Assembly: GCA_043797085.1 (NCBI GenBank)
Contig: JAZDQA010000012.1
Coordinates: 64,001 to 128,000, forward strand
Direction of reading: 5' to 3'
DNA: 64,000 nucleotides
Origin: Pseudomonadota bacterium
GTDB taxonomy: Bacteria; Campylobacterota; Campylobacteria; Campylobacterales; Sulfurimonadaceae
The stretch's first letter is position 1. Every line of letters starts with the position of its first letter. Shown here in pieces: positions 20,901 to 29,742 of the stretch. The position numbers and the translations under genes were made by a program. The notes below the pieces were generated by a model that did not search any database, was not told the DNA's origin, and worked only from the letters and a program-made list of their open reading frames with translations.

Positions 20901-21903
20901 ACGCAATCACAGGAATTCCAAGCGATTCATCCAGTCCCATCATAATGTTGGCGTTAACGAGAGCTTGTGAACTGGCTCCGCGCATGAGGTTATCGATTGC
21001 ACACATTGCTACGAGTGCATTGCCATTACGGGTGGCATACACATCCGCGAAATTCGTTCCTGCTGTCATTTTCGTGTGAGGCGGAGCAGTGCGAACGCGG
21101 ACAAAAGGCTGCCCTTCATAAAACTTTTCCATGCACTCATTGGTTTGAACGTCCGATTTTAACGTAGCATAGACACACGCCAACATTCCGCGAGTCATGG
21201 GGACGAGAGAGGGTATAAAAGTCACTTTGACATCACTGCCGCACAGGAGGCTCGCATGTTGTTCTATCTCAATGGCATGACGGTGTTTTATGATATTGTA
21301 GCAGTTGATATTATCATTGACGCTCACATAATGAACACCTGACGTAGGTGATTTACCTGCACCCGAAACACCGGTTTTAGAATCAATAAAAATAGGTTGT
21401 GTCGTATCAATGTGATTTAAAAAAGGTGCCAGTGCCATCAAGGTTGCGGTCACATGACATCCCGGATTGGCAACCAAGCGAGACCCTTGCGCGATACGCC
21501 CATGAAGCTCCGGAATGGAGTAGATCGCGTGTTCAAGGTTTTCAATATCTTCATGCTCACAATAAAATGCTTCGTAATTTTCACGATTTAAACGATAATC
21601 AGCAGAAAGATCGACGATTTTTACACCACGATCCAATAAACCTTTGGCGGTATTCATCGCGGTTTTATGGGGAAGAGCTAAAAATATAAGTTCACACATC
21701 TGCGCTGCGCGATCTAAATCAACCTTCTCAACACCCAAATCACACACACCAAAAAGGGCAGGATGAAGATCACTCAAGCTTGTTTCACCCTCCGTATTTG
21801 CACAATACACCAGGCTAAACAATGGATGGTTAAGGAGCATTTTAACGAGCTCTAAGCCTGTATAGCCACTGACCCCGATAATACCGACGTTAATGCGTTT
21901 CAA
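20890..21903 (-). CDS. argC: N-acetyl-gamma-glutamyl-phosphate reductase
   Basis: GVSGYTG, ALPH, DLSADYRL, ANPGC, GVSGAG and DNLMRGA. Confidence 0.95.
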   Translation of the reverse strand: MKRINVGIIGVSGYTGLELVKMLLNHPLFSLVYCANTEGETSLSDLHPALFGVCDLGVEKVDLDRAAQMCELIFLALPHKTAMNTAKGLLDRGVKIVDLSADYRLNRENYEAFYCEHEDIENLEHAIYSIPELHGRIAQGSRLVANPGCHVTATLMALAPFLNHIDTTQPIFIDSKTGVSGAGKSPTSGVHYVSVNDNINCYNIIKHRHAIEIEQHASLLCGSDVKVTFIPSLVPMTRGMLACVYATLKSDVQTNECMEKFYEGQPFVRVRTAPPHTKMTAGTNFADVYATRNGNALVAMCAIDNLMRGASSQALVNANIMMGLDESLGIPVIAYVP

Positions 21904-22387
21904 ATACGATCTCCTGATATTTAACCTCTAAGACCTCGAATTTTTTGACACCGCCGGGGAGTTTTGCATTAATATCATCACCCTCTTCACGTCCCAAAAG
22001 CTGTTTGGCCAATGGAGAATTAAACGATATAAGTCCGTTTGAAGGATTGCTCTCGCATCCGCCTACTATGGTATAGGTCACCTCTTCGTCGGTATCAAGA
22101 TCACACAACACCACCGTCGAGCCAAAACTCACGCGGGCATGCTCCAACTCGCTTGGATCAACAATCTGAGCGATAGAGATAACAGCACCCAGTTCTGCAA
22201 TACGAGTACCGATAAACGCCTGTTTTTCACGCGCTGCATGGTATTCAGAATTTTCTTTTAGATCTCCATACTCTTTGGCACGGTCAATCTCTGCATTCAC
22301 TTCAGGCAGGTCGATGTTTTTGAGGGTATTTAGCTCATCGGATAATCGCTGAAATCCGTATTTTGTCATAGGCTCTTTTTGTTGCAC
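21890..22387 (-). CDS. greA: Transcription elongation factor GreA
   Basis: GDLKENSEY and ISFNSPLAKQLLG. The probable GTG start at 22387 follows GGAG; TATAAT lies at 22419-22424 (minus). Confidence 0.95.
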   Translation of the reverse strand: MQQKEPMTKYGFQRLSDELNTLKNIDLPEVNAEIDRAKEYGDLKENSEYHAAREKQAFIGTRIAELGAVISIAQIVDPSELEHARVSFGSTVVLCDLDTDEEVTYTIVGGCESNPSNGLISFNSPLAKQLLGREEGDDINAKLPGGVKKFEVLEVKYQEIVFETH

Positions 22388-22435
22388 TGTTTTCTCCAGA
22401 AAATTAATACTTTTATGCATTATAGCGCGGAGAAA

Positions 22436-23083
22436 CTAAAGCTTTGTAATTCGACGTAACGCCAACGAGCACATTGACAATCCAAACGCACCCGTTACGG
22501 CAACAAAACTCCCTTTTTCTTTGATACGAGGGAGTTCACTGCTGCAAATACAGCTAAAATCACCATTAAACTTTCGTTTACGCAACTCGTTTCGGAGTTT
22601 GGAAGCAAAAGGGTCACCTTCGGTTTTCCAGATGGAGCGCACTTCGATTTTGGTGGGATCTAGCCGTTTGGCGGAGCCTACGGAACAAATGAGTTTTAGG
22701 TGGCATTTTTGAATAAGAGCAATTTTTGCCCACATATCATCGATAGCATCGAGAATCAGATCGTAAGGTTCAAAATCATAGGTTTCGACCCAGTCAGGAG
22801 TAATTTTTTGTGCCAACGCAATCACTTCGGGATAATGACTCTTTAACGCATCGACTTTTAGTTCTCCTTCGTGCATCTCTGAGTGCATCTGACGGTTTTG
22901 GTTGCTCGCATCGTAGCGGTCAAAATCGATAATAGTGATGTCGCGCACCCCTGAACGATAAAGACAATCCAGACAAAAACTTCCTACCCCGCCCACTCCC
23001 AAAAGAAGGATTTTGGCATTTTGAAGTTTTTCATACGTCTCTTCACCAAAAACGAGTTTGGTTCGGGCGTTTCTCACAGCCAC
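22436..23083 (-). CDS. tcdA: ThiF/MoeB family protein, TcdA-like tRNA t6A dehydratase
   Basis: GVGGVGS, SNQNRQ, DAID, DPFASKLR and GSFVAVTGAFG. Confidence 0.8.
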   Translation of the reverse strand: MAVRNARTKLVFGEETYEKLQNAKILLLGVGGVGSFCLDCLYRSGVRDITIIDFDRYDASNQNRQMHSEMHEGELKVDALKSHYPEVIALAQKITPDWVETYDFEPYDLILDAIDDMWAKIALIQKCHLKLICSVGSAKRLDPTKIEVRSIWKTEGDPFASKLRNELRKRKFNGDFSCICSSELPRIKEKGSFVAVTGAFGLSMCSLALRRITKL

Positions 23084-23841
23084 TCTCGTAATGTTTTCAT
23101 CGATTTGTACGCGGTTAAATCCAATTTGATCGGGCTTACTGAGACCATCTTGTTCTCAATCGCTTCAAAATCACAGTGCCCTTCACGATTAGAGCGTGCT
23201 TTGTATTCGAGAGGATGCAGTCCTAACCAGTAATACTCAAGACCTCTGGGATTACGGTGCAAATGGGCATCGTTAGCATAATATCTATATCCCGCATAGG
23301 TTGGACAAAATTTCAATTCTTTCACATCCCATGGGATATTAACGTTTAAAAACTCTCGTTCTTTGAGAGGAAATTCGCCTGCAAAAATCTTTTCAACCAA
23401 CGCTCGAATAGCCATTTTAGCCAACTCAAAATCCCCTACGGGTTGGGTAAAATCCATGACTTGAGAGATTGCAATAGAGGGAATACCCTGCAAAACTCCT
23501 TCCATCGCTGCCGCCGCTGTCCCTGAATAGGTGATGTCTTCCCCCATGTTTGAGCCTTTGTTGATTCCGCTAATCACAAGATCGGGCTTTTTGACCTCAA
23601 ACAGTGAATTTAGAGCCAAATAAATACAATCGCTTGGCGTTCCGTCGTCAAGTTTGTAGAAATCATCCCCAACACTGATGAAAGAAAGCGGTCGCGTAAG
23701 AGTAAGAGAGTGCCCGCATGCCGATTTTTCCGTTGAAGGAGCAACGATCGTTATATGCCCAAAATCTTTTAATGCATCGATAAGCGCCAACAATCCTTCA
23801 GATTCGTATCCGTCGTCGTTTGTTATTAATATTTCTTTCAC
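23074..23841 (-). CDS. surE: 5'/3'-nucleotidase SurE
   Basis: ILITNDDG, GTPSDC, SGINKGSN and YSGT. Confidence 0.96.
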   Translation of the reverse strand: MKEILITNDDGYESEGLLALIDALKDFGHITIVAPSTEKSACGHSLTLTRPLSFISVGDDFYKLDDGTPSDCIYLALNSLFEVKKPDLVISGINKGSNMGEDITYSGTAAAAMEGVLQGIPSIAISQVMDFTQPVGDFELAKMAIRALVEKIFAGEFPLKEREFLNVNIPWDVKELKFCPTYAGYRYYANDAHLHRNPRGLEYYWLGLHPLEYKARSNREGHCDFEAIENKMVSVSPIKLDLTAYKSMKTLREWL

Positions 23842-23844
23842 TAT

Positions 23845-25134
23845 TTATTTCCTTTTTGGTTTTATGGGGACAAAAATAAAACAGTTTAAATTTTTGCGTC
23901 GCTCGTATGCCAACACATAGGCATGTTCTCTCAAAATCGCATCAACGATATAAAGTCCTAAGCCAAAACTGTCTTTGGTTGGCTGTTCTTTGGTAAAGGG
24001 TTCGATGTAGTGGGCAAGAGGTTTTTTAAGCGGCTCACCGAGATTGGCAAAAATTATTTCATCATTTTCCATAAAAATCGACATTTTTTTCTCAGGAGAA
24101 TATTTAATGGCATTATCTATAAGATTTTTCACAGCCGTCACAAATAACCGATAATCAACCACCATTTTTACTGAAGCATCAATATTGGAATCTACCGAAT
24201 CGTATTCTACCATTGCACTGTCAATCGCACCATCGATGATGTCGATCAGGCGGTACTCTTTTTTCTCTAAATGCTGAGAGCCGGAGCTGATCTCTTCGAT
24301 AAGAGCAAACTCCCCGATCAGCCCCTCAAGTCTCTCAAAAATACTGACAAATCGTCCCCGCTGTTTTTCATCCTCAATCATCGTGGTAACAATACGACCT
24401 TTGGCAATCGGTGTTTTTAGCTCATGCATAATATTGCGTAAAAAAAGTGTTCGGGATTCGATAAGAGAGCGGATTTTGCTTTGTGCTGTTTCGAGCTCGT
24501 TTGCGATCAATGCAATCTCATCTTCACCGTTTGCATGAAATCGTACCCCCATATCTCCCTCTCCAAAACGGGCAATTTGTCGACGTAAACGTCGAAGCGG
24601 TGCAATACGAATAATAATCAATCCAAAAGAAAAAAGTAAAATCACTAAAATGGTTCCATACGCATACAATAAATACGACGGACTGTACCCCTGCACTTTG
24701 CTGTCTTCCAAAAGAATCGAATAGTGATCGGATTGAATCCAAAAATATATTTTTCCTTCGTATTCAAGCATTTTTGCATGCATCTGTGTTACGATCAAAT
24801 CATTATACGGAGCATCAAAAGAGATGGATTGCGATATTTCATTCCCTTGGGTTTTCAGTACCGTTGAGTTTTGCGTAATTTTTTCATACTCACTATCATA
24901 AACAACATACAAATCATAGACTGCAAGATTGGCTTCTAAAATAGGTACTGAAATCTGTTTGAGTAAATAGCTGCTGTAAATTTGAGAGATAAGCGAATAT
25001 TTGTTAAAGAGATTATCAATATGCTTAGCTCGGTTGGTTTTGTAAAGCTGATAGAAAGTGGTACTAACACTCCCTACTGTAACGGCAAGAGCAAACAAAA
25101 CCGTTAGCAAGACGGCATTACGTCTAATAATCAT
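23845..25134 (-). CDS. Sensor histidine kinase (ArsS/RacS-like)
   Basis: Two TM helices, HAMP, HELKTP, NLIDNAIKY and FGLGL. Confidence 0.9.
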   Translation of the reverse strand: MIIRRNAVLLTVLFALAVTVGSVSTTFYQLYKTNRAKHIDNLFNKYSLISQIYSSYLLKQISVPILEANLAVYDLYVVYDSEYEKITQNSTVLKTQGNEISQSISFDAPYNDLIVTQMHAKMLEYEGKIYFWIQSDHYSILLEDSKVQGYSPSYLLYAYGTILVILLFSFGLIIIRIAPLRRLRRQIARFGEGDMGVRFHANGEDEIALIANELETAQSKIRSLIESRTLFLRNIMHELKTPIAKGRIVTTMIEDEKQRGRFVSIFERLEGLIGEFALIEEISSGSQHLEKKEYRLIDIIDGAIDSAMVEYDSVDSNIDASVKMVVDYRLFVTAVKNLIDNAIKYSPEKKMSIFMENDEIIFANLGEPLKKPLAHYIEPFTKEQPTKDSFGLGLYIVDAILREHAYVLAYERRKNLNCFIFVPIKPKRK

Positions 25135-25793
25135 TTTAGAAGTTTATACCCGATACCGCGAATCGATTCGATCAGAGCTTTATCTCCAAGTTTGTTACGG
25201 ATGCGTCCCATCATGACATCGATGCTTTTGTTCGAAGAGTCTTCATTGATGGCGCTTACATTGTGAATCAAATCTTCGCGTGACACCACCATTCCCTGCT
25301 TTTTAATCATGTGAGCGAGAATGCCATATTCTGCATTCGTAAAGTCCAAAGTTCTTCCCTTGTAACTGATCTGCATAGCAGATTCGTTGAGGTTAAAATC
25401 ACTCTCATTCTCTGCTGCTGCCTGAGATGCTGCATCGTAACGCCGCAATACTGAGTGTATACGCGCTTCGAGTTCTCGCGGGTCGTAGGGCTTGGGAAGA
25501 TAATCATCAGCTCCCAATTCCAACGCGTTAATCTTATCTGTCACATCCGAACGTGCTGATGAGATGATAATCGGGATATTTTGGCGTGCGCGAATCGCTT
25601 CACATACCTCCAAGCCATCCATACCAGGCAACGTCAAATCCAAAATTACCACATCAAACTTTTCAAGTTTGAGGATACTAAGTGCCTTAAACGGATCATC
25701 TTCCGTCGTTACATCGAAGTCAAATTGCTCTAAAAATTCAGTTAAAATCTCAGCGAGCTCGAGATCATCTTCTATCATTAATATTTTATTCAT
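25131..25793 (-). CDS. OmpR-family response regulator (ArsR/RacR-like)
   Basis: IEDD, LDLTLPGMDG, GADDYLPKP and IRGIGYKL. Confidence 0.93.
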   Translation of the reverse strand: MNKILMIEDDLELAEILTEFLEQFDFDVTTEDDPFKALSILKLEKFDVVILDLTLPGMDGLEVCEAIRARQNIPIIISSARSDVTDKINALELGADDYLPKPYDPRELEARIHSVLRRYDAASQAAAENESDFNLNESAMQISYKGRTLDFTNAEYGILAHMIKKQGMVVSREDLIHNVSAINEDSSNKSIDVMMGRIRNKLGDKALIESIRGIGYKLLK

Positions 25794-25884
25794 ACCGTTA
25801 TTGTAACCCACGAACAGTTAATAGTTTCCTGACATAAGCGAAAATACGCTAGAATTTGTTTTATTACACAGAAAAAGGATACTG

Positions 25885-26307
25885 GTGAAATCACTTATTA
25901 TCATGATGGGATTTGTACTTTTTGCATGGGGTAGCGATTCTATAGCTTTTATCAAAAGCATTCAAGGCAATGCGACCGTAAAGCACGACAATATCTCTCA
26001 CGTCATTCAAAAAGGGGAGTATCTTTTTAGCGGGGACAGCATACAAACGGCTAAAAATTCAACCATAGGTATCTCATTTAACGACGGAACCCGTATTGCC
26101 GTAGGAGCCCAAACTCTTTTTATTATTGATGATTATCTCTTTGCGCCGTCTCAAAACGATTTCCGTTTTGATGTGACACTTCCAAAAGGAAGCATTGTTT
26201 TTGAATCCGGAAAAATCGGCAAGTTAGCCCCTGAAAAAGTGTCCATCAAAGCACCGCAAGGGATCATCGGAATTCGTGGTACAAAATTTATCGTGGAGGC
26301 TGAATAA
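25885..26307 (+). CDS. Secreted FecR-domain protein
   Basis: Signal peptide, GDSIQT, FNDGT and IGIRGTKF; GTG start after AAGGA. Confidence 0.85.
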   Translation: MKSLIIMMGFVLFAWGSDSIAFIKSIQGNATVKHDNISHVIQKGEYLFSGDSIQTAKNSTIGISFNDGTRIAVGAQTLFIIDDYLFAPSQNDFRFDVTLPKGSIVFESGKIGKLAPEKVSIKAPQGIIGIRGTKFIVEAE

Positions 26308-26309
26308 TC

Positions 26310-26906
26310 ATGGAACCGCTACTCATTTGGGCTGGAATCATTTTAGCCCTTCCTCTGCTCACCCACGAACCTAAAACGACCGTTATTTTACTGGACAACG
26401 AATCTTCCCACAATGCCGTTGTTGTCAAAACCGATGCAGGAAGTGTTGTTGTCGATCAGCCCTATACCTACACTACATTGGTGGCTCAAGACAAAAAGCC
26501 CTCTCTGGTTGAAAAAGCAAATCCAGAGGTAATAAATGAAAAATATGCCCAACAGCTCACGATTCTCCCGACAAAATCGATCTCTATGCTCTTTCATTTT
26601 GAAGATGGAACAGCCGATTTGACGGAGTCTTCTAAAAATCAAGTGGAAGAATTGATCCGGTTAATTTCGTCACGTGACCCTGCGGCGATTGATATTATCG
26701 GTCATTCGGACCGTGCCGGTGATGCTGATAAAAATTACCAACTTGCCTTGGAGCGAGCCCGAATGGTCGAAAAATATCTCGTGGAGCGCAATGTGACATT
26801 AGAGCGCAGTTCCGTCACCTCGTATGGAGAAAATGATCCTATAATCCCAACAGAAGATGGTGTATCCGAGCCTCAAAATCGTCGTGTCGAAGTGATTGTA
26901 CGCTGA
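26310..26906 (+). CDS. OmpA-like peptidoglycan-binding domain protein
   Basis: GHSD, NYQLALERA, YGE and NRRVEV, with an N-terminal hydrophobic segment. Confidence 0.88.
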   Translation: MEPLLIWAGIILALPLLTHEPKTTVILLDNESSHNAVVVKTDAGSVVVDQPYTYTTLVAQDKKPSLVEKANPEVINEKYAQQLTILPTKSISMLFHFEDGTADLTESSKNQVEELIRLISSRDPAAIDIIGHSDRAGDADKNYQLALERARMVEKYLVERNVTLERSSVTSYGENDPIIPTEDGVSEPQNRRVEVIVR

Positions 26907-26910
26907 TTTT

Positions 26911-28998
26911 ATGAAAAAAAACACGCTATTAATTACAGGATCGTTGATTTTGACGATCCTTTTTTACCTTTTCTGGTGGAAAGCCCCCTTACTCCCCTAT
27001 CTCGATTACAAACTTTACGACCGTTTAACCCACACCCTTCCCTCGTCTCACACTCCCAAATCAACGGTGGTTGTGGAAATCGACGATAAAAGTTTAAAAG
27101 CATTGGGTCAATGGCCGTGGCCTCGAGTTATCACGGCAAAGCTCATCGATACCATTGCGGATTCTACTCCATCGGCTATCGTACTGGATATGGTTTTTTC
27201 TGAAGAGGATCGAACGTCTCCCATTGTACTTCAAAGCTTCTATCACGACGTTTTAGGAATAAAGATAACCATTGACGGACTCCCCAAACCCCTACAAGAC
27301 AACGATGGGGTTTTATCCGATGCCCTACAGCGATCCCCGATGATCTTACCCGTATTTTCTAATACCCAAAGACAAAGCGGTGTATGCCTGCTCCCGAATA
27401 CTGTAACCTACGAAAGTCACCTTCGAGATGCAAAGCTGACTCCATTGGAGCATTTGGTGTGCAGTTTGCCCCGTTTTCAGCAGCGTTCACAGGGAATCGG
27501 GCATATTCATGCAACGGCAGATGGGGATGGGATACTGCGGCGTTTAGCGTTGGTCATGAACCATGAGGATGTATGGATTCCTTCACTGGGTCTGGCGGCT
27601 ACAGCGAATAAAGGAATTTACTTTGATACAGCTTCCCCTTTTTTAGGTGGGATGGCACTAAATCTTAACAGTCATCATTTCTTTGTTGACCACTACAGTA
27701 ATGCTTTGCTCTCCTTTTATCCCTTTGATCGATATGAAAAAATTTCGGCAGTCGATGTATTAAACGGCAGCGTGAACCGTGAGAGATTAAAAGGAAAATA
27801 CGTCTTCATCGGTTCTACGGCTCTTGGTTTGGATAGTATGTATACGATGAGTGACGGTTCGGTTCGTTCGGGTGTCTATATCCATGCGACTATGGTTGAA
27901 AATATTTTGAACGGTGATTTGGGAGTTCAGCCCTCTCTCTACCAACCTCTTAATATTATTCTTTCCTTTATTATTGGCGTATTGCTCTTAATGCAAATGA
28001 TCCGAAAACAGTATCTAAGTGTTGTTATTTCCTATTTTGCCGTCTCTTTATTGGCAGGGATTATCACCGCCCTAGCGTGGCAATATCATCTCTATCTCTC
28101 CATCGGCTACCTCATCATCCCATTATCTGCCTACTTATTTATTTTGGCGTTACTGATGTTTTTTATCGATTATCGCAACAAAAAGAGATTTATTGATGAA
28201 CTCAATCGTTCTGCTTTACAAAAACAGCGATTACAAAGCGCCCTGAGTGCCAGTGAAAGTGAACTAGAATATCAAAAAGCGATGCTGTTTCAGCAATCCA
28301 AACTCGCAGCCATGGGTGAGATGATCGACAATATCGCCCATCAATGGCGGCAACCTCTCAATTTGCTCGGAGTCATTATCCAACATGCCCAATTTGCGTA
28401 TCCAAAAGGGAAAGTGGATGAAAACTATATCCGTAAAATGTCTGAAGATTCGATGGAACAAATTCTTTTTATGTCTCAAACCATTGACGATTTTCGCAAT
28501 TTTGTCAAGCCGGATAGGCAAAATATCCCTTTTGATCTTAACGAACCAATCGAAGAATCGCTTCGTCTTTTATCCGGAATGTTTAACGCCAATTCAATCA
28601 CGATCGAGACAGACTATTCTCATGCGCCGTTGATGGTTATGGGTTCACCCAGTGAGTTTAAACAAGTGATCATCAACCTGCTCCAAAATGCCCGCGATGC
28701 ACTGCAAGAAAACAATCCAACAAATCCTCTCATGCACATTCAGCTGCGTGCGAATCAAACCGATGCCGTGATTACACTCAGAGATAATGGCGGAGGTATT
28801 GCGTCAAATATTATTGATAAAATTTTCGAGCCTTATTTTACGACGAAAGAAAATGGTCACGGGAGCGGAATCGGTTTATACATCTCACATGCGATTATAC
28901 ACACGAAGATGGGAGGAGAAATCATGGCTTCAAATGTCGAGAATGGGACGTTATTTACCATTACTCTTCCCTTAGACTCCCGAGAGGCGATACCCTAA
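26911..28998 (+). CDS. CHASE2-domain sensor histidine kinase
   Basis: IDDKSLKALGQWPWPR, DGDGILRR and GVYIHA (CHASE2), three TM helices, IAHQWRQPL, NARDA, DNGGG and GSGIGL. Confidence 0.9.
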   Translation: MKKNTLLITGSLILTILFYLFWWKAPLLPYLDYKLYDRLTHTLPSSHTPKSTVVVEIDDKSLKALGQWPWPRVITAKLIDTIADSTPSAIVLDMVFSEEDRTSPIVLQSFYHDVLGIKITIDGLPKPLQDNDGVLSDALQRSPMILPVFSNTQRQSGVCLLPNTVTYESHLRDAKLTPLEHLVCSLPRFQQRSQGIGHIHATADGDGILRRLALVMNHEDVWIPSLGLAATANKGIYFDTASPFLGGMALNLNSHHFFVDHYSNALLSFYPFDRYEKISAVDVLNGSVNRERLKGKYVFIGSTALGLDSMYTMSDGSVRSGVYIHATMVENILNGDLGVQPSLYQPLNIILSFIIGVLLLMQMIRKQYLSVVISYFAVSLLAGIITALAWQYHLYLSIGYLIIPLSAYLFILALLMFFIDYRNKKRFIDELNRSALQKQRLQSALSASESELEYQKAMLFQQSKLAAMGEMIDNIAHQWRQPLNLLGVIIQHAQFAYPKGKVDENYIRKMSEDSMEQILFMSQTIDDFRNFVKPDRQNIPFDLNEPIEESLRLLSGMFNANSITIETDYSHAPLMVMGSPSEFKQVIINLLQNARDALQENNPTNPLMHIQLRANQTDAVITLRDNGGGIASNIIDKIFEPYFTTKENGHGSGIGLYISHAIIHTKMGGEIMASNVENGTLFTITLPLDSREAIP

Positions 28999-29709
28999 AC
29001 CATAGATACTCGTGAGGGCATTTTCCGGAAGCTTTTTGCGCAAACGCATCATCATTCCTCTGAGACTTTCAGAACTTATATCGATATCATTAAGAAAAAA
29101 GTGGTTTAGTATGTCATCACTACTGCAGACTTGCTCAAATTTCAATATTAAAACTTTCATTAAATAGATTTCATATTTAGTCAAGGAAATAGCTACCTCA
29201 TCACAAAAAAGCAAATTCTTCTCTTTATCCCAGAAAATGTGTTCATCTAATGCAATAATAGGGGATGGCTTTGTAGGAATTTTAGGTACTGAATTTATTT
29301 TAGAAGAGACCGAATAGAGTGTGTCTAGCATTTGTTGGTATTGAATCGGCTTCGTGATGAACTGAGCCACTCCGAGATTAATCAGTCGAATAAGATATTC
29401 GACTTCAGTATGCGCTGAGATGATAACGATGGGTTGATCTTTACGCAAAGCATACAAATGTGTTGTGAGTTGGACTCCATCCATTCGAGGCATTTGAATA
29501 TCAGAGATCACTAAATCGTAGTAAGTATTTTTTACTTCATGGTGGTGTTTGAATTTTTCAAGAGCATCAACACCATCCGTTGCAAAATCAACACGGTAAA
29601 AATATTCTTCGAGTATTTCAACCGTCCGTATCCGCACTAAAGCATCATCTTCAACAAACAAAACAGACAAGTTTTTCATTTGCTCATACATGTTTTTCAT
29701 ATCAACCAT
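28972..29709 (-). CDS. Response regulator with winged-helix output
   Basis: VEDD, SDIQMPRMDG, KP, RLRKKL and YGLGY; convergent with and overlapping the CHASE2 kinase. Confidence 0.9.
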   Translation of the reverse strand: MVDMKNMYEQMKNLSVLFVEDDALVRIRTVEILEEYFYRVDFATDGVDALEKFKHHHEVKNTYYDLVISDIQMPRMDGVQLTTHLYALRKDQPIVIISAHTEVEYLIRLINLGVAQFITKPIQYQQMLDTLYSVSSKINSVPKIPTKPSPIIALDEHIFWDKEKNLLFCDEVAISLTKYEIYLMKVLILKFEQVCSSDDILNHFFLNDIDISSESLRGMMMRLRKKLPENALTSIYGLGYRLSGV

Positions 29710-29742
29710 TTCCTCCCCTTTTTTGACAATAATCCATTTTTC

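Noticed and set aside
26911..26922. A8 tract at the start of the CHASE2 kinase as a phase-variation site
   Set aside because: Short poly-A runs in Lys codons are common throughout this AT-rich window and the frame is intact.
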